DNA of 64,000 bases from a virus: positions 1 through 64,000 of IMG/VR virus record IMGVR_UViG_3300045976_000117; one strand, 5' to 3'. How positions within the stretch are numbered: position 1 is the first letter of the stretch; each line of letters begins with the position of its first letter. Position numbers and translations under genes: made by a program. This document shows, piece by piece, positions 38,251 to 47,713 of this stretch. The notes beneath the pieces were generated by a model. That model was not told the DNA's origin and ran no database searches. It saw only the letters and a list, made by a program, of their open reading frames with translations.

Positions 38251-38595
38251 GTGACGGGGAGGCACTCATCGATACCACGGCGACGGGGCTGGCTGGTCTG
38301 TGCTCAGGTAGGGGTCGACCCGATCAGCCATCCAAGCAACATCCGAGAGTGCCGGGACCCAAACTGTGATGATCCTCCAGTACAGGTATGGGTCTCCGCA
38401 GGGAGAAGCTCTGAGCTAGTCGACTCCGGCGAGTTGTGGCCCCGTTGCCCCACATGCTGGACTGAGGCTGGCCAGCTTGCCACGTTGCACCCTGAGACGA
38501 TTGCTGAGCTTCGTAGCATGCGCCGGTTGGACGCAGGCTGGCGCCGGGTTGGCGAGCTCAACGCGGCGCTCGAGGAGTGGACAACGGAACAATAA
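38251..38595 (+). CDS. Cys-rich hypothetical protein
   Basis: CxxxxC and CxxC; start uncertain. Confidence 0.35.
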   Translation: MTGRHSSIPRRRGWLVCAQVGVDPISHPSNIRECRDPNCDDPPVQVWVSAGRSSELVDSGELWPRCPTCWTEAGQLATLHPETIAELRSMRRLDAGWRRVGELNAALEEWTTEQ

Positions 38596-38771
38596 CCAGA
38601 ACTACTATTCGCTATTCTCTCCAAGATCGTACGCTATACCTATCGCAACACCTAAAATCACCGTAATCAGAGCAATGGTTAATAAGTGATGACTAGCTTC
38701 GAGGAAATCAATAAGAAGTATTATGAATATAGCTGACACTATGCCGAGAAGTGATTTCTTTACAAACGGAG

Positions 38772-38984
38772 TCATCGGTACAGACTCCTTACATATGACC
38801 GGGTGCAGTCATTTTGTCCTAGATAGTAAAGTCTCTTACCTATCCGCCGATCGACTTCTTTCTGATCTTCATCAAGTTCGTCCCATTCCACTAGCCATGA
38901 CGGCTTAGGGTTGGACTGTTGACGAGCCCACTCAAGCCATATTTTTCGTACTTCCTGGCCAAGCTGCTCTCTACTTTTTACCAT
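38772..38984 (-). CDS. Hypothetical phage protein
   Basis: PKPSWLV.W.EL.E.QKEVDRRIG motif seen in phage small proteins. Confidence 0.7.
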   Translation of the reverse strand: MVKSREQLGQEVRKIWLEWARQQSNPKPSWLVEWDELDEDQKEVDRRIGKRLYYLGQNDCTRSYVRSLYR

Positions 38985-39412
38985 GGCTCCGCTCCTACTC
39001 CCATAATCTCGGCAAACATGTCCTCGTCGTCAATCGTGATATTAAGCCTATGATTCTGGTGTCCTGGTCTGCACACAGGATCGTAGAGTAAATCTCTGAA
39101 CGCTGCCAAGGAGAACCGATCAGACTCCGCGGTGATAAAATCTCCATCTCCAGCGTCCGGCCCTGAGGTCACAAAAAATAAATTGTTTACAGACGCAGGT
39201 ATTACTAGCGGGTTAGTGTTTCGTTCGCCAGTCATCACCCAATAGATCTCATCATCCTCGCGGTAGAGAGGGTAGCGACCTGGCTGCACAACAATCTCCG
39301 GACGGCACACACTGTTATCACCGGGGGTGATGGGGTACACGCGGAGCCGAGTGATTTCTATAGTGCCGATTTTGGCAACGCTTTCCACCAAGTATCTCCT
39401 TCCGCCAGCCAA
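38978..39412 (-). CDS. Hypothetical protein
   Basis: Packed in minus-strand operon. Confidence 0.55.
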   Translation of the reverse strand: MAGGRRYLVESVAKIGTIEITRLRVYPITPGDNSVCRPEIVVQPGRYPLYREDDEIYWVMTGERNTNPLVIPASVNNLFFVTSGPDAGDGDFITAESDRFSLAAFRDLLYDPVCRPGHQNHRLNITIDDEDMFAEIMGVGAEPW

Positions 39413-39512
39413 TCAGAATGGCCAGCAACGGGTCTGAGCTTCGTGTCATACGATCTGTGCCGATGAGGTCGAGGGTACGGTCAGTGCTTAAAATCTCCTT
39501 TATGGTATCCAT
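39318..39512 (-). CDS. Hypothetical protein
   Basis: Packed in minus-strand operon. Confidence 0.4.
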   Translation of the reverse strand: MDTIKEILSTDRTLDLIGTDRMTRSSDPLLAILIGWRKEILGGKRCQNRHYRNHSAPRVPHHPR

Positions 39513-39666
39513 GCTTTTCTATCGCGGTATGCTTCTATTCTGTTACTGATCTGTTCCTTTTTTATTTGTAATAATATCCCAGCTAGGGCAATCATCGTGG
39601 CAAGGTTCGCCAGCGTCAGCACCGCACCAGTGACATCCGCAATCCATATTTTTCATATCTTCCATT

Positions 39667-40050
39667 CTAATCCGTTCCTTCCTTTTCATGACCCTTACAC
39701 TTGTCTCGGCAATTGCCGCACTCACCACAGACGCCCGGACATTCAAGAACACAACGACCGCAGACGGAGCAGGTTTGATGATCATGATCTAGACAGATAT
39801 TGCAGACCGGGCAGAACTCGCAACACGCGGAACCGCCCGAGTGAGTCCGCGGCACAGGATCTGGCAAGTAATGAGCTGCCCTGCCGCACAGAGCGTGAAT
39901 AGCTCCTTTTGGTGCTCGATGATAGCAAGCAGTGCACTTCGGCCAGTCATTGACCCGGCCACTCTTGCCGCCCAATGTGCCGCCAGAAGGGCCAGCCATG
40001 CCAACCCCTATGGGAGGGTTACTGCTTTTCTTTTGCCACGGCCAGCGCAT
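39667..40050 (-). CDS. Cys/His-rich metal-binding protein
   Basis: Many CxxC pairs in C-terminal half. Confidence 0.55.
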   Translation of the reverse strand: MRWPWQKKSSNPPIGVGMAGPSGGTLGGKSGRVNDWPKCTACYHRAPKGAIHALCGRAAHYLPDPVPRTHSGGSACCEFCPVCNICLDHDHQTCSVCGRCVLECPGVCGECGNCRDKCKGHEKEGTD

Positions 40051-40240
40051 AAGGATGCCTCTTCAAAGCCTCATTGATTAATTCAGGGGTAATGTCCCAC
40101 GCTTGTCCGTGGTCATCTACACAATAACCAGCGTAGATTCCATGACGATAGCCAGGAGTGCAACTCAAAATTTCTAATCTCTTGTAACCGGATAACTGCA
40201 ACAAGTCAATAAGCTGTTTCAATACATCTTCTCTATCCAT
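40019..40240 (-). CDS. Hypothetical protein
   Basis: Overlapping stop/start. Confidence 0.55.
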   Translation of the reverse strand: MDREDVLKQLIDLLQLSGYKRLEILSCTPGYRHGIYAGYCVDDHGQAWDITPELINEALKRHPYALAVAKEKQ

Positions 40241-40581
40241 TACACATCCTCTCCTAATCTTACCGTATTATTAATTTGTGCCTGTTCTTCTGCCTTTGAA
40301 TAAGCCTCGAGAAGTCTGGGATCAGCCAAGCTGTTTACCGTGATACGTACCGGATCAAACTCAGCGAGCTTCTCTCGTCGTCCGAACAATTTGGCCACCC
40401 GGCGCACAGTCACTGACGCTTCCTGGGCGCCGGTCATCTCTGCATATGGTTCCCATTTGGCCTGTCGCTTAGCTCGACGCCACAAGGCTCGATAAATGGC
40501 CTGCGCGATAGCGGTAACCGCTACATAGGCGATGAGACAAACAATAATAAATATAACTGTTACCGCTATCGCCTTGCCCAT
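40240..40581 (-). CDS. Membrane-anchored protein
   Basis: N-terminal TM, GGAGG RBS. Confidence 0.65.
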   Translation of the reverse strand: MGKAIAVTVIFIIVCLIAYVAVTAIAQAIYRALWRRAKRQAKWEPYAEMTGAQEASVTVRRVAKLFGRREKLAEFDPVRITVNSLADPRLLEAYSKAEEQAQINNTVRLGEDV

Positions 40582-40583
40582 AA

Positions 40584-41477
40584 TTAGTGACCTCCTCCGA
40601 CAATGACGGGAGACCCGGCCGGTACTGGCACGGCCTGAACTTTGCCATCCGCGATAGCTCGTGCTACGGCCAGTTGCATCTGGTAAGCCGTATAACCAGT
40701 AATGCCGCCAGGGAAGTTCGCTGCGGTGTTCTTATCAGTCTCTGCGGTGGTAGCCCTCAGTTGCGCGGCTTGGTTGTTCGCAAGTTCGGCCTTCAGTGCG
40801 TCATTGGGATCCGGTTTTTGAAGGACGATGCTGTCAATGATGAAGTAATCTTCACCGGTTTGCTCTTTAACGATTTTCGGAATCTCAGCTTTAGAGGCAT
40901 TCTCCCAGTTCCCTTTAGTCACCGGATCCGTAAACAACTGCGACCAGCCGAATCCAAGAGCGGCATTACTGACTCCACGTTCGGCCGGAGCTCGGAGGAA
41001 TTTGTCAAGTACCTGATCCCAACCCTGACCAGGCTCAGCCCCTCCTTCTGTGGCGTAGGCCACATATTGCATGCCGATAGTCTCATGGAATTTCTGTAAA
41101 ATACCGCCTGGCCAGTTCTTGCCAAAAGCATCAGTATATGACTGGCAACTCGCGTTGAGATGGAAAGTGATATTCGCGGGAACACTCATGATCTGACCTT
41201 CTTTTGAAGTGATCGTAAGTGCTTGAAAATCACCACCTGGACCGAAGGTCAGGGTACGTTGAGCTGTCGTCGCAGGATAATAGAAGTAATCATCATTGAT
41301 TTTGTGGTACTCGAGCCTGCTAGGCTGCACACAACCCATGTACACCCGATTACTGAACGGACCATTCTTGTAATGCAGACCCACCTGATTAGCCGCGGTG
41401 TCTGCGATGGAGCAGCCAGCAACCGCCAATGTCACAGGAATGGCAATAATTGCTGACCAGCGTTGCCACCGTTTCAC
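40584..41477 (-). CDS. SPFH/Band-7 domain lipoprotein
   Basis: Lipobox VAGC, VGLHY..GPF, QRT..F, SKEG....V, F.I..I.LQKP.P; GTG start after GAAAGGA. Confidence 0.75.
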   Translation of the reverse strand: MKRWQRWSAIIAIPVTLAVAGCSIADTAANQVGLHYKNGPFSNRVYMGCVQPSRLEYHKINDDYFYYPATTAQRTLTFGPGGDFQALTITSKEGQIMSVPANITFHLNASCQSYTDAFGKNWPGGILQKFHETIGMQYVAYATEGGAEPGQGWDQVLDKFLRAPAERGVSNAALGFGWSQLFTDPVTKGNWENASKAEIPKIVKEQTGEDYFIIDSIVLQKPDPNDALKAELANNQAAQLRATTAETDKNTAANFPGGITGYTAYQMQLAVARAIADGKVQAVPVPAGSPVIVGGGH

Positions 41478-41603
41478 ACAAATTCCTTTCCGAGTCGGAA
41501 TAGTGCGACGCATCTTATCATCTCCTCCAATTGAGGAAGAAACAGATCACCAGCCCTACGAGCACAGCGTAAGCCGTGCCGATAATTAAAAACTCTGCGA
41601 TAT

Positions 41604-41801
41604 TCATACTCGTATCAGAGTTCTATATTTCTGGTCATCCCAGAAATCGGCGTGATCCTGACACAATGGAATATCGTAGATTGTTGGCAATGATTGAGCC
41701 AACATAATCTCTCTGGTTGTCACCGCGAGCTCTAGGCACCGCCCATGACTAGGGAACCGGTGAGCACACTGCCCGTTCGCTAGTTTCGTGTGTATGTTCA
41801 T
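41604..41801 (-). CDS. Small Cys/His protein
   Basis: TGATG overlap; C...C...LC..HA. Confidence 0.5.
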   Translation of the reverse strand: MNIHTKLANGQCAHRFPSHGRCLELAVTTREIMLAQSLPTIYDIPLCQDHADFWDDQKYRTLIRV

Positions 41802-42271
41802 CAGTTTATCGTTCCTGGTCTCCAGTTGGTACCGGTCACTGCGTCGAAAGTATTGGGCTCTTCCCAGTCTTCCAGGTATACAAGTTCTTCTTTTGTTTGT
41901 TCCCTGTCAGGGTTGTCTGTCTCATTTCTCCAAGGTCGTAGTCCCATTGTTAGTTTCCTCGCTTCTTGTATACCCAGTCCTGCCACATCTGCTCGCGGTC
42001 TGACCGTTGCTGGTCGCGCTCAGTCTGAGTGCTCGTGTCCTGCCGTTCGACTTGCTGACTGATATACTGCATGTGCCTGGTTTCCTTCCTACTCGGTTAC
42101 TAGGTGCCTCGGGTTGGTGTTTCTTAACGGGTTATGCCAGCCCGAGGCTTATTTTATTATGTGAAGTGTGTTAAACACTTCATCTCGCCATTCATCGATA
42201 TGATCTTCAGTATATTCTTTAGGGTCCGTCAAACTGTTCATGTAATCTCTGCACTCCTTTATTAGAAATTG

Positions 42272-42378
42272 GGGCCCGCGTCGGAGGCGCTGCTTACCTA
42301 CCCTGCCAGTTTCTTTTAATTCCGATACTGTGTGTTTACTCGCGCGGGCCCACTGTTTAGTTTAAGTTTGGGGTTTGG
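42272..42378 (-). ncRNA. Structured RNA element copy 1
   Basis: AC-rich leader plus GGGCCCGCG/CGCGGGCCC closing stem with conserved inner motifs. Confidence 0.55.
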
Positions 42379-42410
42379 TTGAGGTCGGACATTTATTTTC
42401 TTCAAAATTG

Positions 42411-42508
42411 GGGCCCGTGCGGGAGGCTGCGTGAACCCTGCCGCTACGCTCTTTTAGATTCCCTGATTTTCACACGGGCCCGCTGTTTAGTTTGGGTTTG
42501 GGGTTTGG
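42411..42508 (-). ncRNA. Structured RNA element copy 2
   Basis: AC-rich leader plus GGGCCCGTG/CACGGGCCC closing stem (compensatory change relative to copy 1). Confidence 0.55.
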
Positions 42509-42715
42509 TTACCGTAAGGGCAACAGCCATGGTTGCTGGTTGATAATCCACTCCTTGGTGGAGGTGTACATATCAGTGCTAGGCGAGTCGTACCAGGCAT
42601 CAAGAGCCTGTACGACTTGGCCACCCTCGCGGGTGTCCAGTAGACCGTAGACCTGAGACAAGTCCAGCAAGCAGGTAAACATAGCGCTGCGGTCTAGTCC
42701 GTTCTTAGCCTTCAT
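42509..42715 (-). CDS. Hypothetical protein
   Basis: GAGGAG RBS; first gene after promoter at 42779-42807. Confidence 0.65.
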   Translation of the reverse strand: MKAKNGLDRSAMFTCLLDLSQVYGLLDTREGGQVVQALDAWYDSPSTDMYTSTKEWIINQQPWLLPLR

Positions 42716-42778
42716 TTCTAGCTCCTCAGTTCTTGTGTTCCTGCTCTGTTGTCTAGTACATCGGATCTGATGTACTAG

Positions 42779-42807
42779 ACGTTACAGACAGAGGGATCAC
42801 CTGTCAA
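42779..42807 (-). promoter_or_regulatory. Leftward promoter flanked by operator A (42801-42816) and operator B (42756-42775)
   Basis: TTGACA-N17-TAACGT. Confidence 0.75.
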
Positions 42808-42841
42808 GCTGGACAGCTCAAGATTTTTAGTCCAGACAGCA

Positions 42842-42876
42842 AGAGACCGGTACCCCGCGTCTGGGCACCGGTCTCT
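42842..42876 (-). terminator. Hairpin terminator after lsr2
   Basis: AGAGACCGGT...ACCGGTCTCT inverted repeat. Confidence 0.6.
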
Positions 42877-42891
42877 GTGGAGAGTTTGACT

Positions 42892-43284
42892 CTAGGCCGC
42901 GGCAGCCTGCTTGGTCCTCAGGTGCTCGAGAATCTGCGGGTTTTGCGTTCGCCACGCGGTCACAGCGAGCTCCGGCAGGCGACCCCGCTGAGCCAGGCTG
43001 ACGCCATTGGCAGCCGCATACTCGCGTACCGCACTTCGCTCTTCCGGGGTCAGACCGGATCCAGTCGGCGCTGCCGTGGTGGACTTGGCCGGACGGCCAC
43101 GCTTGCCAGTACTGGCCTTGCGACCAGCCTCAACATATCGACCAAGGAAATTCCGAAGCTCGTCCTCCTCCGCAGGAGTCAAGTCGATCTCGTAAGTCAC
43201 CCCCGCAAGACCGAACTCCACATTGCGGGCATCGCCTTCGCCACTGAGATCACTGGCGATCTCTACAGTAACCTTCTGTGCCAT
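42892..43284 (-). CDS. lsr2: Lsr2 nucleoid-associated protein
   Basis: MAQKVTV...DL.G, V.FGL.GVTYEIDL, VRE.A..NG....RGR AT-hook. Confidence 0.93.
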   Translation of the reverse strand: MAQKVTVEIASDLSGEGDARNVEFGLAGVTYEIDLTPAEEDELRNFLGRYVEAGRKASTGKRGRPAKSTTAAPTGSGLTPEERSAVREYAAANGVSLAQRGRLPELAVTAWRTQNPQILEHLRTKQAAAA

Positions 43285-43573
43285 AGGTGCTCCTTTGATA
43301 GGGGGTCCTGACCTAAGGCGATTATTACACCATTAGGCTAATTTATGTCAACTTTGGGGGGTCTGTGACCGGTTTAGCAAGCTATCTGCTAGGAGTTTTA
43401 GTGATGACCGGACTCACCGCGTTGATGCTGGCAGGAGCTCTGACACTGATAACCGGGTATGTCGTGCTGTGGTGGGGGATCCTGCTCATGGCCGTCAAAA
43501 TCGCCCATTGGACGGACATCTGGTCTAACAGCTAGTTGCTACCCTTGAGTTGCGTGCGTTACATGATCCTGAC

Positions 43574-43635
43574 AAAGCAGGGCCCCTAGGGTGCTCCCCA
43601 GCCACGTGGCCGGTCCCTAGGGGCCCTGCTTTTTG
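43574..43635. terminator. 18-bp perfect inverted repeat, probable bidirectional terminator
   Basis: AAAGCAGGGCCCCTAGGG-N23-CCCTAGGGGCCCTGCTTT plus T tract. Confidence 0.65.
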
Positions 43636-43638
43636 TTG

Positions 43639-44001
43639 TTACTCGTCAGTCGGAGGCTCCACCTCGATCCCTGTTGGGTGGGCCATGCGCCATGCCCGCG
43701 TCTTGATCCGATAGCGCCACTTGCGCCGTTCAGCCGGATCTGTGGGCTCTTCTTCCTGCGTCACATGCAGGCCCACGTTAAGCCACACATCGGAGTTGTC
43801 CGGCTTGAGCAGGCCATACAACTTGTGATAAGCGACTTTCTGAGCACGCTCCAACCAGGCCAACCGCTCTTCGATCGCTCGAGCTGCCTGAACAAAAAGA
43901 TCAATATCGGTCTCTCGGTTGCCGCTGACTTGTTGCCCCAGTACGCGCGACACCACCTCCCCCTCGGTCACCCCATGTGACGTGACTTCCTGATTGCTCA
44001 C
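43639..44001 (-). CDS. Hypothetical protein
   Basis: AGGAGG RBS; divergent from the tra module. Confidence 0.6.
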   Translation of the reverse strand: MSNQEVTSHGVTEGEVVSRVLGQQVSGNRETDIDLFVQAARAIEERLAWLERAQKVAYHKLYGLLKPDNSDVWLNVGLHVTQEEEPTDPAERRKWRYRIKTRAWRMAHPTGIEVEPPTDE

Positions 44002-44200
44002 TGCTGGCGTTCCTCCTGACGGTCTGTCCGATCCTGCCGGACCGGGTTTCAGTTACGTAATTGAAACTGTAGTATGCCGGTCCAAGGTAGTCCTGACTAC
44101 CCCACGGGCGGATGACGGTCCGTCCGTAGGCACCCGGCAGGGTCTTGACTCCGGCCGTGCCGGGTGCCGCCACCAACGGAGTCAGCTAGGCGTAACGAAT

Positions 44201-45070
44201 GTGATCGATCTTGCCGCGGTTCGGAAGACCCAGAGCCAGATTAATGCGGCTATCTGGGGCTGTGCCGGTATCGCCATGTCTGCTTCAGCTATCGCAGGAA
44301 TTACCGGATTTTGGAACCTGCAACACGATGGCTGGGGTCTTGCCTCAGGTCTCACTACTTCGGTAGCCGTGGACACGGCTCTTTGGGTAGCTCTGACCTC
44401 TGATCAACTCATGGAGCGCGCGGGCCTGGCCGCAGACGGGCCTTGGGCTCGCGCCGTACGCTGGGGCACCGCGGTGATGTCGATCTTCCTCAACGTGCTG
44501 GCTGCGGTGCTATCTCCTATCGAAGCCGGTTTCAAATTTCTTCTGATCGTGATTCATGCCTTTGCGCCATTGATCATGGTTGGTTTGGCAGAGCTCCGAA
44601 CGGAGAACGGTCGCAAGCTGGCTGCCAGGGAGCGCGAGGCTCTCGAGCAAGAAGAGGCCCGACGTAGGGCCCTTGATACTCCGATCGTTGCTCCATCCGA
44701 GCGAATCTCACCCCCGGTGCCGATCGTCTCTGTTCCGGACCCCCGGCTGGCCAGTGAGGTTGCCGAACTTCGCGCGGAGCTTGCTCGAGTCAAGACGTTG
44801 ACCCCGGCTCCTCCCACGCCCAAGCCTCCGCAGACGGTAGTGACTCCCTTGCGGCCTGCAACTGAATCCTCAAAAAATCACCGTGGGGCCTCAGTAACCG
44901 ATCGGATCGTTACTTATCTCAACACTCATCACTGTGGGGACCCTTATGGAATCACCGCGGAGATTTTAGCGTCTAAAACTAAACAAAATGTACACACCTG
45001 TAAAAAAGTTCTCACCGATTGGCGTCGGGGGCAAACTGACAAATCACAACGTAGGACGGCGACACCATGA
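44201..45070 (+). CDS. Spd-like (DUF2637-type) membrane protein with coiled coil, Pro-rich linker and C-terminal HTH
   Basis: Four TM with VD and S..LN motifs, H...P...L.E, ATGA-coupled to FtsK gene. Confidence 0.7.
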   Translation: MIDLAAVRKTQSQINAAIWGCAGIAMSASAIAGITGFWNLQHDGWGLASGLTTSVAVDTALWVALTSDQLMERAGLAADGPWARAVRWGTAVMSIFLNVLAAVLSPIEAGFKFLLIVIHAFAPLIMVGLAELRTENGRKLAAREREALEQEEARRRALDTPIVAPSERISPPVPIVSVPDPRLASEVAELRAELARVKTLTPAPPTPKPPQTVVTPLRPATESSKNHRGASVTDRIVTYLNTHHCGDPYGITAEILASKTKQNVHTCKKVLTDWRRGQTDKSQRRTATP

Positions 45071-47220
45071 CTATCACTGATATTTCTCAGCCACCGGAGC
45101 CTGAGAACGAGGAACAACGGCAAAGTGCCATGCGACGGGCCCTCAATCGATGGTTCCGAAGGCCAGAGCCTGAAGACTATGAAGAGGTGACCGGCACTGA
45201 ACTGTCACCATACGTGCCAACACCGCGAGAGCCCGAGCTCGAGCCACTGGCTTGGCTGGAAAAGCACAAGCTCACATTGCCTGACCGGCGACGGGTCAAG
45301 GCTCGAAGCAAGGAAGTAGCCAGGCACCTGCCCGGTATGGCCGTCAAGTTTGCTTTTACCACCCTCCCACGGAGAGCTTGGGACGAAGGCGTAACTCCCG
45401 TCTGGCGTGGTTGCGGCAAATGTGCAATGGCTTACTACAACTGGTTGACCTCCGCCTATCTCGCGGAGGCTCACAAAGACGCCGAAGGCACCCGTAAATC
45501 AGCGATTAACCAGAATAGGCACAAGAGTCATGGCTACAAGCTCTGGGCTTCGGTCTTCGGCGCTTGTACTGCTGCCGGAGGCATGGCCTACCTGTACTTC
45601 TATCATTTTATTCCGTTTCTGGTCGTACTGGGTGTAGTGCTATTTCTTCTCGATGTGCTTGGCCGTGTGGGAGAAGAGAAGAAACAAGAGATTGCTCCGG
45701 TTCACACTCAGCCACTTAGTGAAGGTATGGAGTACGGACAGCTCACCGCGACGATTCAAGCTGGCCTCAATGAGACTATTGGACTGGACAGCGAGGGTAA
45801 GCCACTTGCGCGTGTTTCAGGTCTTGTTACTTATGATTTTGAGCGTGGAGAGTTCCGACAGCCGATCACTACATATCACGACTTCGAAGAAAAACACATT
45901 CGCTATCTAGAACGTCGGGTGGCGGCACGACCCGGCAGCATATTCGTCTTGCAGGAACCGAAAATCTCTACTCAGCGAACCATGGTCATCAAATATCGTG
46001 ACCCGTTCCGAGATGTGCCGTCTGCTCCGTTTATCAAGCCTGGTACGAAATCTATTACCGAGGGTTGTGTTATCGGAGTATCGCAGACTGACCGACAGTT
46101 CCTTGTGCATGTAGCTGGTCTGCATGTTGGCGTGGTGGCCCAGTCGGCAGGTGGCAAGTCCGAAGGGATCATTGCCTCTTTGATCGAGGCTATCCTTGCG
46201 ACACACAATGCTGTGCCGGTTGGCATTGACCTTACCGAAGGACCACTATTTCCAATTTATGAAGGTCTTGTTCAAAAAGTTGCATACACTCCCAAAGATG
46301 CGGAGGAACTTCTCGGTTGGCTGATAGATGAAAAAAGTCGTAGAGCTAAAATTTTGCAGAATATTGCTCGCAGTGATGATCCGAACGTCAAGGGCCGTGA
46401 GTGGAACGCAGATCTCGCGGCGCTGTATAACGCTCCGAGCATCCATGTCATTATCGATGAATTAGCAATGACAACAAAATTCGATGGTAAGGGCGGCAGT
46501 ATTAATCTGCGGGCACCGATCGAAGAGCTCGCCCGTACCGGGTCCAAGCACTGGATCACTCTTATCACTGGCCAGCAGAAGACCGGTAACAATGACGCAG
46601 GTTCTACTGGTATCACCGACAACATGCACGTCTGGCTAGTAGGTCCTTGCTCCCCAGATGACGCTAATGCAATCTTCACCGCGGAGGGGCGTAAGCAGGG
46701 ATATGCACCTAACTTGCTGAAGTCGGCAGAACGGGGCAAGTCTCCTAATGATGCTGGTCGATGCTATGTCAAGGCTCCCGGCTATGGCCCGGACGTGTAT
46801 TGCTCCTATCGGCCGATGCCGGAAGACGAACTCAAGCGTCGCCGCAAGATGCGCCTTGAAATCGGAATACCGATGTTAAAACACTGTGGTGAAGATGATA
46901 ATGATGAAATTATGGAGGCTGAGGTGGTTCCAAGCAGGCCAGTGCTCGAGGCTCTCGCGGCAGCCTTCGAAGATATTAATCCGCCGGACGGCAGATTGCC
47001 GAGTGCTTTGGCTGCTCAATGGATCAGTGAAAGGACCGATATGGAATTTACTCAAGAATCTCTGGCCGCTGCTCTAAAGAAGGAGCTCGGTGATGACCGG
47101 GCACCGCGGACGTACAGCAACCGGTGCAAGATCGTGAAGATCCTTAATCCGGAGGCTGAGAACACCAACCGCAAGTACTACGCACATGCGGACATTTCGA
47201 GCCTCATGGCGGGGGTGTGA
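45067..47220 (+). CDS. traB: TraB-like FtsK/SpoIIIE DNA translocase
   Basis: Two N-terminal TM; Walker A AQSAGGKS; ID motif; E..RR; Walker B VIIDELA; LITGQQK; G.CY; C-terminal wHTH ending T.ESLAAALK. Confidence 0.8.
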   Translation: MTITDISQPPEPENEEQRQSAMRRALNRWFRRPEPEDYEEVTGTELSPYVPTPREPELEPLAWLEKHKLTLPDRRRVKARSKEVARHLPGMAVKFAFTTLPRRAWDEGVTPVWRGCGKCAMAYYNWLTSAYLAEAHKDAEGTRKSAINQNRHKSHGYKLWASVFGACTAAGGMAYLYFYHFIPFLVVLGVVLFLLDVLGRVGEEKKQEIAPVHTQPLSEGMEYGQLTATIQAGLNETIGLDSEGKPLARVSGLVTYDFERGEFRQPITTYHDFEEKHIRYLERRVAARPGSIFVLQEPKISTQRTMVIKYRDPFRDVPSAPFIKPGTKSITEGCVIGVSQTDRQFLVHVAGLHVGVVAQSAGGKSEGIIASLIEAILATHNAVPVGIDLTEGPLFPIYEGLVQKVAYTPKDAEELLGWLIDEKSRRAKILQNIARSDDPNVKGREWNADLAALYNAPSIHVIIDELAMTTKFDGKGGSINLRAPIEELARTGSKHWITLITGQQKTGNNDAGSTGITDNMHVWLVGPCSPDDANAIFTAEGRKQGYAPNLLKSAERGKSPNDAGRCYVKAPGYGPDVYCSYRPMPEDELKRRRKMRLEIGIPMLKHCGEDDNDEIMEAEVVPSRPVLEALAAAFEDINPPDGRLPSALAAQWISERTDMEFTQESLAAALKKELGDDRAPRTYSNRCKIVKILNPEAENTNRKYYAHADISSLMAGV

Positions 47221-47410
47221 GGGGGCTACGAGGGGGTCAACTGTTGCGGGTCTGTTGCGCAACATCAGGTGCCCTGTTGACCCTCTCTGTCAACCCCCTG
47301 GCTACATGGTCATACCTCCCGATTGTCCGGGTATCCGAGCGCGTACTCCAGTGCGCATCCGCAGGTACTGACCGGGTACTCACGCGAGTACTCAGGGGAG
47401 GTGAGTACCC

Positions 47411-47620
47411 GTGGGCATTGCACTTCTGATACTCGTGGGAGTACTCGCGGTTTGGGCGCGTCATTGCTGGCGTTGGCCCTATGTGACCTGCAAACATTGC
47501 GAGGGCAAGAAGCGTGAGTACTCGTCGGACGGCGCGTACTTCCGAGACTCTGAGTGCGCGTTCTGCCTCACCAACGGGTATCGGTACCGGTGGGAGCTTC
47601 GATGGCTGACCCTGCTGTGA
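47411..47620 (+). CDS. Small membrane-anchored zinc-finger protein (AICE-type)
   Basis: GGAGGTG RBS; TM then WP...CxxCxG...F...CxxC...G.R.R. Confidence 0.7.
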   Translation: MGIALLILVGVLAVWARHCWRWPYVTCKHCEGKKREYSSDGAYFRDSECAFCLTNGYRYRWELRWLTLL

Positions 47621-47640
47621 GTACCCGCAACATCGCTGAC

Positions 47641-47698
47641 CTGTCCAGCTTGACAGGGGTCATCTGTCCGGGTACTTTGTGCCTAGGAACTTAGGCAG
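47641..47698 (+). promoter_or_regulatory. Rightward promoter with operator A over -35 and operator B downstream of -10
   Basis: TTGACA(47650)-N17-TACTTT; CTGTCCAGCTTGACAG; GTGCCTAGGAACTTAGGCAG. Confidence 0.78.
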
Positions 47699-47713
47699 TT
47701 GAGAGGTAGAAAG

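Noticed and set aside
42268-42510. CRISPR mini-array, tRNA genes or SRP RNA
   Set aside because: Only two units, with conserved interiors rather than unique spacers and no T-loop. The CAGG..AGCA resemblance to SRP helix 8 lacks the GNRA-capped stem.
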